Assembly: GCA_035635555.1 (NCBI GenBank)
Contig: DASQAT010000046.1
Coordinates: forward strand, 320,075-384,074
Direction of reading: 5' to 3'
Length of the DNA: 64,000 bases
From: Candidatus Dormiibacterota bacterium
GTDB taxonomy: Bacteria > Acidobacteriota > Polarisedimenticolia > Gp22-AA2
The notes below the pieces were generated by a model. It was not told the DNA's origin. It saw only the letters and a list, made by a program, of their open reading frames with translations, and did no database searches. Made by a program: the position numbers and the translations under genes. The number at the start of each line of letters is the position of its first letter. The first letter of the stretch is position 1. This document shows, piece after piece, positions 40,131-51,221 of the stretch.

Positions 40131-40886
40131 GTGATCCTGGCCATAGCGAATCAAAAGGGGGGTGTTGGAAAAACCACCACCGCCATCAACCTTGCGGCAG
40201 CACTCGCGCAGAAGGGCTTCTCCACGCTTCTCCTCGATCTGGATCCGCAGGGAAACGCCACTCTGTCCTACCTGGATCCCGAGCAATTGAACCTCTCTGT
40301 CTATGAGGCTCTGGTCGAGGACAACCGCACGCTGAAAGACGCGGTCCACAAGACAAACATCAAGCTCCTCGACCTGGTGCCAGCACGCATCAGCCTCGCA
40401 AAATTCGAGAGCAAGCTGCTCGGGGACATCGATAGCCATTTTCGACTCAAGGATCGTCTCAAGCCCCTGACCAAGGATTACCAGTACGTCGTCATGGACA
40501 CCCCACCTACCCTCGGCCTTCTCACAGTCAATGCGCTCGTCGCGGCCACGCACCTGCTCGTTCCGATTCAGTCGTCCTACTTCGCCCTCGAGGGAACGGA
40601 TGACCTTCTCGAGACAGTCGAAAAGATCAAGACGAGGCCGAACCCGAGTCTGGAGTTTCTCGGTGTAGTCATCACCATTCACGACAAGCGGACCGTTCTG
40701 GGGCGGGACATTCGGAACCACATCAAGGAGGTATTCGGAAACAAGGTCTTCCGGACAATCATTTCACGCAGTGTCCGTCTCGAAGAGAGCCCGGCCTACA
40801 AGGAATCGATTTTCAGTTTCGCGCCCCACTCTACCGGGGCGCTCGAATATTACAAACTATCGGAAGAGGTCATCGGACGTGTCTAA
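40131..40886 (+). CDS. parA: ParA/Soj chromosome partitioning ATPase
   Basis: Deviant Walker A KGGVGKTTTAINLAAAL. GTG start. Confidence 0.85.
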   Translation: MILAIANQKGGVGKTTTAINLAAALAQKGFSTLLLDLDPQGNATLSYLDPEQLNLSVYEALVEDNRTLKDAVHKTNIKLLDLVPARISLAKFESKLLGDIDSHFRLKDRLKPLTKDYQYVVMDTPPTLGLLTVNALVAATHLLVPIQSSYFALEGTDDLLETVEKIKTRPNPSLEFLGVVITIHDKRTVLGRDIRNHIKEVFGNKVFRTIISRSVRLEESPAYKESIFSFAPHSTGALEYYKLSEEVIGRV

Positions 40887-41700
40887 GCAACGTGGACTCC
40901 CGGAACAGCGACGAATGCGACACGACTTCCATTTTGTGGACAACCTCACGGGAGCACCCGCTCCAGGTGTGGGGCGAATGATTCCTCTCGAGCTCCTGGT
41001 CCCCAACCCGGATCAGCCTCGCAGGTCGTTCGGTGACATGGCTGACCTGGTTTCCTCGATCAAGGAAAAGGGAGTGCTCGAGCCTGTTCTGGTTCGGCCG
41101 ACGGGCGAGAAGTATCAGATCATCGCCGGCGAACGAAGGTACAGGGCTTCGGTCGAGGCCGGGCTGTCACAAATCCCCTGCATCGAAATCGACGTGGACG
41201 ATAGGGGAGTGCTGGAGATCAGCCTCATCGAGAACCTCCAACGACGGGATCTCAATCCCTTCGAGGAGGCCGAAGGCCTTCAGAAGCTTTGTGACAAGTT
41301 TCTGTACACACATGAAGACGTTGCGAAGAAGCTGGGAAAGGCACGCACCTCGGTCACTGAAACTCTGACCTTGAATCACATCCCTGCTGATCTTCGCGAG
41401 CGATGCCGCAGTCTCGGGATATTTTCCAGGTCGACGTTGCTGCAGATTGCACGGCAGCCGAATCGGGACGCGATGTCACGGATGATCGAGGAGATCAAGC
41501 ACGCGGGCCTCACGCGCGACGACCTTAGGAAGATGAAGGACGAAAAGAAGGGACCGGGGCGGCCGAAGGGGTTCGTCTTCCATTTTCGTCCTCCGGACAA
41601 TAAGTTCACCCTCAATCTCAAGTTCAAGCGCTCCGAAGTCTCCAAGAACGACATCATCGCAACCCTTCGAGATCTGATCGAAAGCCTCTCCAAGTCCTGA
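40879..41700 (+). CDS. parB: ParB/Spo0J partition protein
   Basis: ParB N-terminal box (LLVPNPDQPRRSF), GERRYRA and HTH. Probable GTG 40879 (VSKQRGL) after GGAAGAGG, overlapping the parA stop. Confidence 0.75.
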   Translation: MSKQRGLPEQRRMRHDFHFVDNLTGAPAPGVGRMIPLELLVPNPDQPRRSFGDMADLVSSIKEKGVLEPVLVRPTGEKYQIIAGERRYRASVEAGLSQIPCIEIDVDDRGVLEISLIENLQRRDLNPFEEAEGLQKLCDKFLYTHEDVAKKLGKARTSVTETLTLNHIPADLRERCRSLGIFSRSTLLQIARQPNRDAMSRMIEEIKHAGLTRDDLRKMKDEKKGPGRPKGFVFHFRPPDNKFTLNLKFKRSEVSKNDIIATLRDLIESLSKS

Positions 41701-41734
41701 GTGTTGGTTTCCAGGACATGCGGTCTGTGCTTCA

Positions 41735-41752
41735 ATGTCGGCGCGCCGACAT
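41735..41752. terminator. Perfect 18-bp GC-rich palindrome ATGTCGGCGCGCCGACAT 35 nt after parB stop (terminator-like hairpin or protein site)
   Basis: Perfect dyad followed by TTT. The U-tract is short. Confidence 0.3.
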
Positions 41753-41800
41753 TTCCCGCAAGTACACGCCGAGGGCCTCTCGCTGGATTGATAGGTTTAC

Positions 41801-41814
41801 ATAAGATATCTTAT
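41801..41814. promoter_or_regulatory. Perfect 14-bp AT-rich palindrome ATAAGATATCTTAT upstream of the lptFG promoter
   Basis: Stands out in a 70% GC background. Ends 35 nt upstream of the predicted -35. Confidence 0.35.
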
Positions 41815-41848
41815 CGGACGTTGTGCGGATGGCCGCTCTTTGCCTCGC

Positions 41849-41877
41849 TTGACGCGCCACAAGGCCCCGCCTAACAT
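41849..41877 (+). promoter_or_regulatory. Candidate sigma70 promoter (TTGACG-17-TAACAT) for the lptF/lptG fusion gene
   Basis: The -10 ends ~9 nt before the ATG and there is no obvious RBS, suggesting a near-leaderless transcript. Confidence 0.4.
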
Positions 41878-41886
41878 CGGCACTGC

Positions 41887-44607
41887 ATGCGAACCTTGAA
41901 GTTCGACACTATCTGGCGCTACGTGTTTCTCGAGGTGATCTCGCCCACCCTCCTCGGGCTTTGCGTCTACGTCCTGGTCTTTGTGATGAACGCCCTCTTC
42001 GAGTTGGCCGAGTTGGCCATCAAGAAGGACCTGTCCGCGCGGTCGGTTGTGACCATCCTTTTTTATTACCTGCCCAGGGTTCTCGAGATGACTATTCCGA
42101 TGGCGATTCTCCTGGGTGTGCTGGTCGGGATCGGCCGCCTGTCCACCGACAGCGAAGTAGTGGCGTTGAGGGCAAGCGGGGTAAGCTACTGGAAAATCCT
42201 CTACCCCGTCCTCACACTGGGGATTGTGGGATGGGTCGTATCCAGTGTTCTCATCCTGGGAGTCGAGCCCGGTGCCAATTACAAGAGGCGCCAAGTCTAC
42301 AACCGCCTGATGTACTCCGCCGACATGCGCCGGGAGATCAAGCCTCGGGTGTTCTTCGAGGATGTCCCCGGGATGCTCCTTTACGCCGACGAGGTTCACC
42401 AGGGCGGGGATTTTCTCGAGAAGGTCTTCATCTACCAGAGCGAGGAGGGGGGCAAGGAGCTTGTCACGGTCGCCCGCAGGGCTCAGATCGAATACGACCG
42501 CCACAGTGGGGTGGCGGAATTCTATCTGGAGTCAGGGGTCACTCATAGCACGACACCCAACGAACCCGAGAGCTATCAGCTCAGCAGGTTCGAAAAGCAG
42601 ATGATCGTGAAGGAGCCCGACGAGTCGTTCAAGCTCCGGAGCAGTCTGCTCAATCGTCCTCTTCCCAAGAACTACCACGAACAGACTCTGGCCGACCTGG
42701 GGCACTCGATCATCAGGGCTGGTGCTATCGAGCACGCCGACACCAGGAATCGGGTAGTCGGCAATATCCTGGCCATCATGCACGAACGATTCGCCCTGCC
42801 GGTCGCCTGCCTGGTGTTCGCCATCCTGGGAGTGCCGCTGGGAATCATGAACAGGCGAGGAGGAAAGGCCTCCGGCTTCAGCCTCAGCATCGGCATCTCC
42901 ATCGTCTATTGGATTCTCTATATCGCCGGGCAGAACCTGGTCAGTGAGGGACGCCTGTCTCCTTATCTGGGTCTCTGGGTCGGGAACGCGTCCCTCGGTG
43001 TGCTGGGCATCATCCTGCTCATTCTGCGGGAGCGCTCCGAGGGGTTGCAGTTGTCTCTCCTGGTTCCCGCGAGGTTACAGAAAACCCTGACGGCTTTGCG
43101 GCGCCGGCGTGATCGGGAAATGGAGTCGAGGCATGACGAAATCGGCGCAACGGTTCAACAGCCTGGCGCCCGGCGCGCGCGCAAGTCCACACGTCTTTCC
43201 CGCGGCGGGCACGAGCGGATTCGTGCGGGGCGTTCGGGACAGTCAGGGCCGGAGGATGCGCGAACGCCATTGCGAGCCGTCGTATCGGGTGAGCGCCAGG
43301 AGGGACTCGAGTCCACCTCTCCGGTGGGGATCGACGAAATGGTCGAGGAAGAGGACGCTTCGAGCCGCTGGCTGTCGCGACGGACTCTCCTGGTTCTGGG
43401 CGGTGGCAGCGCCGCGCTGGGCCTCCTCGTGTCGGCGTCTCACATCCCCTCGCTTCCCTTCTTGCTGGTCGGCCTGATCCTTCTGGCACTCTTTCTCGTA
43501 TTTCGAACGACCGTGGATCGGTACATCCTGGCCCGCTTCGGAGCCATCTTCGTCGGTTCGGCAGCAACCCTGTACACCCTCTTCGGCGTGTACGAGCTGG
43601 TCAGTCTCCTGGATGATCTCGTGGAGCACAATCTCCCGTTTTTCATGGCGTTCACCTACCTGAAATATCGATCCCCATGGATCGTGACGCAGGTCCTGCC
43701 CATATCCTGTCTCGTGGCGACCTTCTTGACCATCGGTATCATGTCCCGCTTCAACGAGGTGATCGCACTCAAGGCGAGCGGAACGAGCATCTACCGGATT
43801 GCGGCCCCGGTCGTCGTGGTCACCGTCGCGATCAGCGCCATCGCATACATGAATCAGGATTATCTCGAGCCGTACGCCAACCAGCGAGCGGCCCAGCTGA
43901 AAGACCAAATCCGTGGTCGCAGCCCGCGCAGCTACGAACCGGGAGAGCGCCGGTGGGTTTTCGGCGCGAGCGGCCGCCTGTTCAACTTCCGGAACTATGT
44001 CCCATCCCCCGTCCCTGTCCTGACCACGCCAGGGAGCGGCGAATTCCAGGGATTCTCGGCCTACCATCTCGATCCCGAATCATTCGACATCGACGAACGG
44101 ATCTATGCGCGCTCCGCCACGTTCGTTGATGGCCGATGGGTTCTGAAGGATGGCTGGATCCGGGCGTTCCCCGGAGGGCAGGAGTCGTTCGAGACCTTCG
44201 CGGAGAAGTCATTCGATTTTCCGGAGGGTCCCAGCTATTTCGTCAAGGAATGGAAGACCCCGGCGCAGATGAACTTCACCGAGCTGCAGCGTTTCGTGAC
44301 CGACCTCAAGCGACGGGGTTACGACGTACAGGAGTTGACGGTCGATCTTTACGACAAGACGGCGCTCCCAATCGTCTCCTTGACGATGGTCATACTTGGA
44401 ATCCCGTTCTGCTTCAAGATGGGCAAGCGTGGGTCGCTGTACGGCATCGGGATAGCGGTGTGCCTGGTGGCGGTCTTCCTCATCGTCTTTTCCACCACGA
44501 ACGCCCTTGGCGGGATCGGTCTGATGCCCCCTTTTCTCGCCGCCTGGGCACCCAACGTGCTGTTTGCGGGATCGGGGGTGTATCTGCTCCTCCGGACCGG
44601 AACCTGA
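41887..44607 (+). CDS. Fused LptF/LptG-family (YjgP/YjgQ) LPS export permease, two permease modules in one 906-aa protein
   Basis: Two repeats of the YjgP/YjgQ pattern (RYVFLEV...VVALRASGVSYWKI and RYILARF...VIALKASGTSIYRI) are separated by an Arg-rich ~130-aa linker in a continuous ORF. Confidence 0.7.
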   Translation: MRTLKFDTIWRYVFLEVISPTLLGLCVYVLVFVMNALFELAELAIKKDLSARSVVTILFYYLPRVLEMTIPMAILLGVLVGIGRLSTDSEVVALRASGVSYWKILYPVLTLGIVGWVVSSVLILGVEPGANYKRRQVYNRLMYSADMRREIKPRVFFEDVPGMLLYADEVHQGGDFLEKVFIYQSEEGGKELVTVARRAQIEYDRHSGVAEFYLESGVTHSTTPNEPESYQLSRFEKQMIVKEPDESFKLRSSLLNRPLPKNYHEQTLADLGHSIIRAGAIEHADTRNRVVGNILAIMHERFALPVACLVFAILGVPLGIMNRRGGKASGFSLSIGISIVYWILYIAGQNLVSEGRLSPYLGLWVGNASLGVLGIILLILRERSEGLQLSLLVPARLQKTLTALRRRRDREMESRHDEIGATVQQPGARRARKSTRLSRGGHERIRAGRSGQSGPEDARTPLRAVVSGERQEGLESTSPVGIDEMVEEEDASSRWLSRRTLLVLGGGSAALGLLVSASHIPSLPFLLVGLILLALFLVFRTTVDRYILARFGAIFVGSAATLYTLFGVYELVSLLDDLVEHNLPFFMAFTYLKYRSPWIVTQVLPISCLVATFLTIGIMSRFNEVIALKASGTSIYRIAAPVVVVTVAISAIAYMNQDYLEPYANQRAAQLKDQIRGRSPRSYEPGERRWVFGASGRLFNFRNYVPSPVPVLTTPGSGEFQGFSAYHLDPESFDIDERIYARSATFVDGRWVLKDGWIRAFPGGQESFETFAEKSFDFPEGPSYFVKEWKTPAQMNFTELQRFVTDLKRRGYDVQELTVDLYDKTALPIVSLTMVILGIPFCFKMGKRGSLYGIGIAVCLVAVFLIVFSTTNALGGIGLMPPFLAAWAPNVLFAGSGVYLLLRTGT

Positions 44608-44641
44608 GCGCGCTCCTGGCTCGCAGGACAGGGATGGGCAG

Positions 44642-44670
44642 CTTCAAGGCTTGAAGAGCGCCTTTTCCGC
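44642..44670. terminator. Palindrome CTTCAAGgCTTGAAG plus CCTTTTCC between convergent lptFG and HEAT-repeat genes (bidirectional terminator-like)
   Basis: 7-bp arms overlapping the HEAT gene stop, followed by a short T-run. Confidence 0.25.
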
Positions 44671-45573
44671 CTCGTAGCGGACTGCTTGGGCGCCATCGGC
44701 GTGAGCAATCGCCCGGAGATCCCCCTCCACTTCGTGCCGGTTCGGCCACGCGGCGGCAGCCGCGACCGCCTGGACACGCACCGATTCGTCCCGATCGTTG
44801 TGCGCCCGCCCGAGTACGGCCAGAAGAGCGGCGCGTGCGTCGTCGAGGACTTCATCACCCGTTCCGCGCTCCGACCCGAAGATCTGTCCCAGCAGCCTCA
44901 AGGCCTGGCTCCTCAGCGTTGGGGATGGCGAGCCGAGGAGGACGATCATCTTCGGGAGGAGGGATGAATCGGCGACCCGCAGTCGCTCGAGCTCGGACAG
45001 CGACGCCTCCAGAAGAAACGGATTGGGGCTATCGAGACGAGCCCTCAACTCGGCGACCTGACTCGCCGCATCGAGGCAGCCGATCCGAGCCAGCCGACGG
45101 ATCGCCTCCAGGACGATCTCGGGGCCTTCCGCCGGAAGTGTCATCCTCCCCTGTCTTCCTTTGAAGAGGGTGAAGAGGTCTTTGAATTTTTCGATGTCCT
45201 TCTTGCGGACGTTTGTCTTGTAGGGGACCAGAAAGAGGATTTCCTTCTGTCCGTCTGGAAAAACGATCACATCGTCCGAGGGCCCGCGCGTGAAGTTGAA
45301 GTCCCGGAAGGCGATCCTGAGATGGGGACCCGGGGGAGTGCCTTTCAACGCCTCGACGACATCGACTTCCGCGTATTTCAGACTCCCGTTGTGCACGGCG
45401 ACGAGCGTGACGAGATCGGCGCGCGCGACCAGTTGGAACAGGTTCAGGATCTCCGGTTTGGGTCCGAGCTGCGCGAGCGCCGAAGAGCAGCTCAAGGACA
45501 ACAACGAGACGATGATGGCAAATGACCTTCCGTTGACCCGGGAGGTAAGGAGTGTCCCGAAGCGCCTGTTCAA
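44644..45573 (-). CDS. Exported HEAT/ARM-like repeat protein (hypothetical)
   Basis: Signal peptide. The C-terminal half has repetitive helical LLxxLxD..VR..A pattern. Confidence 0.45.
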   Translation of the reverse strand: MNRRFGTLLTSRVNGRSFAIIVSLLSLSCSSALAQLGPKPEILNLFQLVARADLVTLVAVHNGSLKYAEVDVVEALKGTPPGPHLRIAFRDFNFTRGPSDDVIVFPDGQKEILFLVPYKTNVRKKDIEKFKDLFTLFKGRQGRMTLPAEGPEIVLEAIRRLARIGCLDAASQVAELRARLDSPNPFLLEASLSELERLRVADSSLLPKMIVLLGSPSPTLRSQALRLLGQIFGSERGTGDEVLDDARAALLAVLGRAHNDRDESVRVQAVAAAAAWPNRHEVEGDLRAIAHADGAQAVRYEAEKALFKP

Positions 45574-48500
45574 GGTTTGTCCGAGGGCGCCGATTCGGGC
45601 TTCATTCTCTCGCTCGATCCCCCCGCGAGGGATTTCAATTTCTGGCGGATCTCGGCCTGGTTGGGTCTGAGCCTCAGGGACGTCTGGAACGCCGCCACCG
45701 CCTTATCCTTCTGGCCGAGACGAAGGTAAGCTTCCCCGAGAAAGGTCTGCATGTCCGCATCCTCCGGAAGGAGGCGCATCCCCTCGATCAGCAGGTCCAC
45801 GGCCTCCGCCGCACGGTCCCGACCCATGAGGGAGCGCGCCAGATTGAGGTAGGCGGGGCTGTACCGCGTGTCGATCGCCAGGGCTCGCCTCATCTCGGAC
45901 TCCCCTTCCTCAACCCTTCCCTGCTTCAGGAGCGCGAGGCCGAGGTTGTGGTGGACGTCGGCATAGTCAGGATCGAGCTTTACCGCCTTGCGATAGGAGG
46001 CGATTTCATCGGTCAGCCGGCCGAGTCTCCCATAGACCGCGCCCAGGTTGTTGTGTGCCGAGGCATCCGCTGGATCCACGGCCACCGCCTTCTCGAGTTC
46101 GATTCTCGCCCGCTCGAAATGTCCCATCGAGTAGAGCAAGGCGCCGTAGTTCGTGCGCACCTGGACGTTTTCGGGATCCCTCTGCAGCGCATTCCGGAAA
46201 TTCTCTTCGGCCCCCTTCAAATCTCCCTGCTGCTCGAGGATCAGGGCCAGGTTGCTGAACGAGCCGGCAAATTCCGGATCGGCGGAGATCGCCTTTCGGA
46301 ATGAGGCGACCGCATCGTCCACTTTCCCCTGCTCCTTGTAGATGACTCCGATGTTGTTGAGGGCTTCGGAGTATTCCGGATCGACGGCCACGACCTTCAA
46401 GAATTGTTTCAAGGCGTCGTCCTGGCGGCCCAGCTTGTTGTAGAGGATTCCGAGACTGTTGCGGGCGTCCGTGAAATTAGGCTCGTACTCCAAAGCGGTC
46501 TTGAACCGTTTTTCGGCCTCGGGGTACTGCTTTTTCTCCATGGCGATGTTTCCGAGCAGGTTTTCCGCTTCCTTCGAGCGGGGCTGCCGGCTCAAGTACT
46601 CATTGAGGACCTTGGTCGCGGCGTCGTAATCTCTCTTCTTGTAGAGGGCCCGCCCGATGTTGATGCGGGCCATCCCGAGGTCCTCCGACGACTTGATGGC
46701 CTGCTCGAACTCCCCTATCGCCTCGTCGTATTTGCCCTGATTGAGAAGGAGCATGCCGCGATTGTTGTGCGAGTTCGCGGTGTCCTGGCGAAGGTACCCC
46801 AGCGATTCGAGCTTGTCCTTGAGCTCCTGATCCCCTTGCGGGTCGAGCGCCGCGGGGGACCCGGACGAGGCCACGGCGGCGACAGGGGCGGCCGATGTCG
46901 TCTCGTAGGTCGGCAGGTAGCGGATCGGATGGCCTGCGAGAAACGCGGGATCGAAAACATCGATCAAGGGGCGTCCGTCCATATCCTCGGCGACGGGCAG
47001 GCCGAGCACCGCCAGAACGGTGGGAGCGATGTCGAGGACGGAGCCCTCGCTCAACTCGGAGCGTTTCCGGAACGGAGGTCCCGCGAGGATGATGATGCCG
47101 TACTTGCGGTGCCAGTCGGCGGCCTGTCCGTATCCGATCCGTGAGTCGGTCAGGGGACGATTGTCACCGGTTCGAAAGCCGTGGTCGGAGCAGATGATGA
47201 TGGCCGTTTCCGGACCGGCCGCCTGGACCAGACGTCCCACCAGCTCGTCGGCGTGACGATAGTACTCGTCGACGGCGCGTCCGAACCGCTGCGACTCCTC
47301 CTTCGTGACCCCAGGCAGGAGCGGAGGGACGTAGCGCATGAACAGATGCGCCACCGTATCTGTTCCTTCCAGGTAGACCGCCTGGAATTCGGGGTGATAG
47401 CGCTCCCGGAGAGCGAGGCTGACCGCAGTGTAGGTGTCGCCCGCAGCCAGGAGGGTCTTCAGGTCGTCGATCAAACTGTTCTGATCGTCCGAAACGGCGG
47501 CTGGATCCTCGGGCAGGTGCACGTAACGTGAAACTTCCCCCACCCCGATCGACTCGGGGGCCACGGTGAGCGAGGCCACGAGATCCCCCAGCTCGGCAGG
47601 AAAGACCTTGCCTTCTTTCACCGGATCGTGGGCGGCGCGGGCTCCGAACAGCTGGTAGGCCACCCGGTCCGAGACCACGAAGCCGTTCACCTTCTCCGCT
47701 GGAAAGCTGGCCCACCACCCCGCCACCCCTACGCTCAGACCCTGCTCGCTGAGGATGTTCCAGAGGGCCTTTGTTCTCCTGAGACTCGAGGTGACGGGAA
47801 CCTTCTCCCCGTCACGGCCGGTTGTCGCCATGAAGTCGATGATGCCATGGCGGCTCGGAGAGACGCCGGTGGCGATGCTCGTCCAGATGACCGGAGACAG
47901 CATCGGTGTGATCGTGTGCAACCGGCCGCGTACGCCGGCACGCGCCAGTCTGCCCAGGTTAGGCAGGCGGCCGGCTTCGATGAGCGGGTCGACGATATTC
48001 CAGTCGGCGCCGTCGAGACCGATCAGAAGAACCTTCGTTCCGGTCTTCTGTCGGGACGACTGTGCTTCGGCGATCGAGGCGGCGCGGATGCGCACGGAGC
48101 TCACGTCACACGAAAGCAACTCTAGTCCGGCCCCCCGGAACCGCTCCGCCAGAGACTGTCCCAGGGCGGATCGCAGATCCTCGGTCCGCGCCCCCGAGAT
48201 GCCTCCATAGTCCGAGGAACCAATGACCGCACGCAGCCCCTCCCCCACCCATCGGTCGAGGACCCTCGAATAACGTGCCCCAAGCGCTCGATGCACCTCG
48301 AGGATTCGGTCAGGATCCACCCTATATCGGATGGTCCCCGTGGTCGTGACGGCGGTCCCCTCTCGGGTGACCAGCAGACTCCGATCGGTCTCTCCTCCTC
48401 GGAAGGAGAGAGTCACCGGATCGGCGGGGTAGCGCGTGAGACGGAGAAGGCCGGGAGGGGCGAGTCGCCAGCCTGGATCGGAAACGCGCGGACGCAAGAT

Positions 48501-48635
48501 CCCCAGGGGCGAATCCAGCACGGCGATGCCACGGGCGGGGTCGATTCGATTCAGGCCGCAGAGGATCCAGACCGCCACGATCAGGAGACACACCCCCAGA
48601 AGGACCTTGCGCTTCCTGATCGATTCGAGGTTCAT
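45570..48635 (-). CDS. Membrane-anchored multidomain protein: SPFH-like segment + alkaline-phosphatase-superfamily (type I phosphodiesterase/sulfatase-like) domain + C-terminal TPR repeats
   Basis: N-terminal TM helix. SPFH-like RYRVDPDRILEVHRALG...LRAVIGSSDY...LELLSCDVSSVRI. AlkP-core KVLLIGLDGADWN...TPMLSPVIWTSIATG. At least 10 TPR units at the C-terminus. Confidence 0.6.
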   Translation of the reverse strand: MNLESIRKRKVLLGVCLLIVAVWILCGLNRIDPARGIAVLDSPLGILRPRVSDPGWRLAPPGLLRLTRYPADPVTLSFRGGETDRSLLVTREGTAVTTTGTIRYRVDPDRILEVHRALGARYSRVLDRWVGEGLRAVIGSSDYGGISGARTEDLRSALGQSLAERFRGAGLELLSCDVSSVRIRAASIAEAQSSRQKTGTKVLLIGLDGADWNIVDPLIEAGRLPNLGRLARAGVRGRLHTITPMLSPVIWTSIATGVSPSRHGIIDFMATTGRDGEKVPVTSSLRRTKALWNILSEQGLSVGVAGWWASFPAEKVNGFVVSDRVAYQLFGARAAHDPVKEGKVFPAELGDLVASLTVAPESIGVGEVSRYVHLPEDPAAVSDDQNSLIDDLKTLLAAGDTYTAVSLALRERYHPEFQAVYLEGTDTVAHLFMRYVPPLLPGVTKEESQRFGRAVDEYYRHADELVGRLVQAAGPETAIIICSDHGFRTGDNRPLTDSRIGYGQAADWHRKYGIIILAGPPFRKRSELSEGSVLDIAPTVLAVLGLPVAEDMDGRPLIDVFDPAFLAGHPIRYLPTYETTSAAPVAAVASSGSPAALDPQGDQELKDKLESLGYLRQDTANSHNNRGMLLLNQGKYDEAIGEFEQAIKSSEDLGMARINIGRALYKKRDYDAATKVLNEYLSRQPRSKEAENLLGNIAMEKKQYPEAEKRFKTALEYEPNFTDARNSLGILYNKLGRQDDALKQFLKVVAVDPEYSEALNNIGVIYKEQGKVDDAVASFRKAISADPEFAGSFSNLALILEQQGDLKGAEENFRNALQRDPENVQVRTNYGALLYSMGHFERARIELEKAVAVDPADASAHNNLGAVYGRLGRLTDEIASYRKAVKLDPDYADVHHNLGLALLKQGRVEEGESEMRRALAIDTRYSPAYLNLARSLMGRDRAAEAVDLLIEGMRLLPEDADMQTFLGEAYLRLGQKDKAVAAFQTSLRLRPNQAEIRQKLKSLAGGSSERMKPESAPSDKP

Positions 48636-48688
48636 GGTCGTGCGCGCGCGGGCCGCCTCGCGTGTCCTGGAGCCTGAGGGCCTGGCTT

Positions 48689-49951
48689 CTAGGTCCCCTC
48701 GGACCAGCTCGAAAGATAGGTCTGCTGGTCGTCGGAGAGAGTGTCGATGCGGACACCCATCGTCTGCAGTTTCAGACGGGCGATCTCGCGGTCGATTTCT
48801 ATCGGGACGGGGTAGACCTGACGCTTCAGGTCCTTCCCTTCCTTCACGAGGTATTCGGCGGAGAGCGCCTGGTTTGCGAACGACATGTCCATGACGGCCG
48901 CCGGGTGCCCCTCGGCGGCCGCGAGGTTGATGAGGCGTCCCTCCCCGAGAAGGTTGAGGCGGCGACCGGAGGGGAGCGTGTACTGATCGACGTAGTCGCG
49001 CAGGCGTTGTTTGCGTCCGGAAGCGAGACCCTCGAGGGCCGGAATGTTGATCTCGACGTTAAAATGCCCCGAATTCGACAGGACGGCGCCGTCCTTCATC
49101 ACCTCGAAATGCCGCCGATCGAGAACGTGCTTGTTGCCGCTCAGGGTCACGAAGATATCGCCGATTTGCGCCGCGTCATCCATCGGCAGAACCTGGTAAC
49201 CGTCCAGGACCGCCTCCAGGGCTTTGACGGGGTCGATCTCGGTGACGATGACGTGGGCCCCCATGCCCCGGGCACGGAGGGCCACACCCCTCCCGCACCA
49301 GCCGTACCCCGCCACGACCAGCTTGAGCCCCGCGATGAGCAGGTTGGTGGAGCGGATGATCCCGTCGAGAGTGCTCTGGCCCGTGCCGTATCGGTTATCG
49401 AAGAAGTGCTTCGTCATGGCGTCGTTGACGGCCACGATCGGGTAAGCGAGCACCCCCTCGCGCGCCATGCTGGTGAGGCGGATCACGCCCGTGGTCGTCT
49501 CTTCCGTCCCACCGATGATCCCGGGCAGAAGATCACGTTTGCGCGAGTGCAGGACCGACACGAGGTCGGCCCCATCGTCCATGGTCAACTGAGGCGCCGC
49601 TTCCAGCGCCTGGAGGATGTGCCGGTAGTAGGTGTCGTTGTCCTCACCCTTGATGGCGAACACCTCGATGCCATCGTGCACCGCCAGAGACGCGGCGACT
49701 TCGTCCTGCGTGGAGAGCGGGTTGCTGGCGCACAGGCGGACCCGGGCCCCTCCGGCGGCCAGCGTCCGGGCCAGGTTCGCCGTTTCGGAGGTCACGTGCA
49801 GGCAGGCGGCGAGACGCAATCCCTCGAGCGGCTTCTCCCGTGCGAAACGCTCGCGAATGCTGCGGACCACCGGCATCTGATCGTCAGCCCAGAGGATGCG
49901 CGTGCGACCCCTGTCCGCCATGGCACGATCCTTCACGTCAGAGTTGGTCAT
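48689..49951 (-). CDS. ahcY: Adenosylhomocysteinase
   Basis: Full-length SAHH with an NAD-binding Rossmann region. Internal ATG 49951 ([27 protein letters not shown]) is chosen. Confidence 0.85.
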   Translation of the reverse strand: MTNSDVKDRAMADRGRTRILWADDQMPVVRSIRERFAREKPLEGLRLAACLHVTSETANLARTLAAGGARVRLCASNPLSTQDEVAASLAVHDGIEVFAIKGEDNDTYYRHILQALEAAPQLTMDDGADLVSVLHSRKRDLLPGIIGGTEETTTGVIRLTSMAREGVLAYPIVAVNDAMTKHFFDNRYGTGQSTLDGIIRSTNLLIAGLKLVVAGYGWCGRGVALRARGMGAHVIVTEIDPVKALEAVLDGYQVLPMDDAAQIGDIFVTLSGNKHVLDRRHFEVMKDGAVLSNSGHFNVEINIPALEGLASGRKQRLRDYVDQYTLPSGRRLNLLGEGRLINLAAAEGHPAAVMDMSFANQALSAEYLVKEGKDLKRQVYPVPIEIDREIARLKLQTMGVRIDTLSDDQQTYLSSWSEGT

Positions 49952-49985
49952 GTTCCGTGTCACCCCTGTTTCGATCGCGAAACGC

Positions 49986-51134
<1,149 letters not shown>

Positions 51135-51191
51135 GCCCCTCTCCTTCAACTGGACCTTAGTACCGGTCGACGCCTTCGGTGGAAAGGCCCG

Positions 51192-51221
51192 AGAATACGG
51201 GAGTTGCGGGTGGAAAGTCAA
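51192..51221 (-). promoter_or_regulatory. Candidate sigma70 promoter for metK (TTGACT-18-TATTCT) lying in the dnaE 3' end
   Basis: Read on the minus strand. About 60-nt leader. Confidence 0.35.

Noticed and set aside
51135-51220. Possible SAM riboswitch upstream of metK.
   Set aside because: The leader is only ~60 nt between the predicted -10 and the RBS. This is too short for SAM-I, and no SAM-II-like pseudoknot signature was seen by eye.
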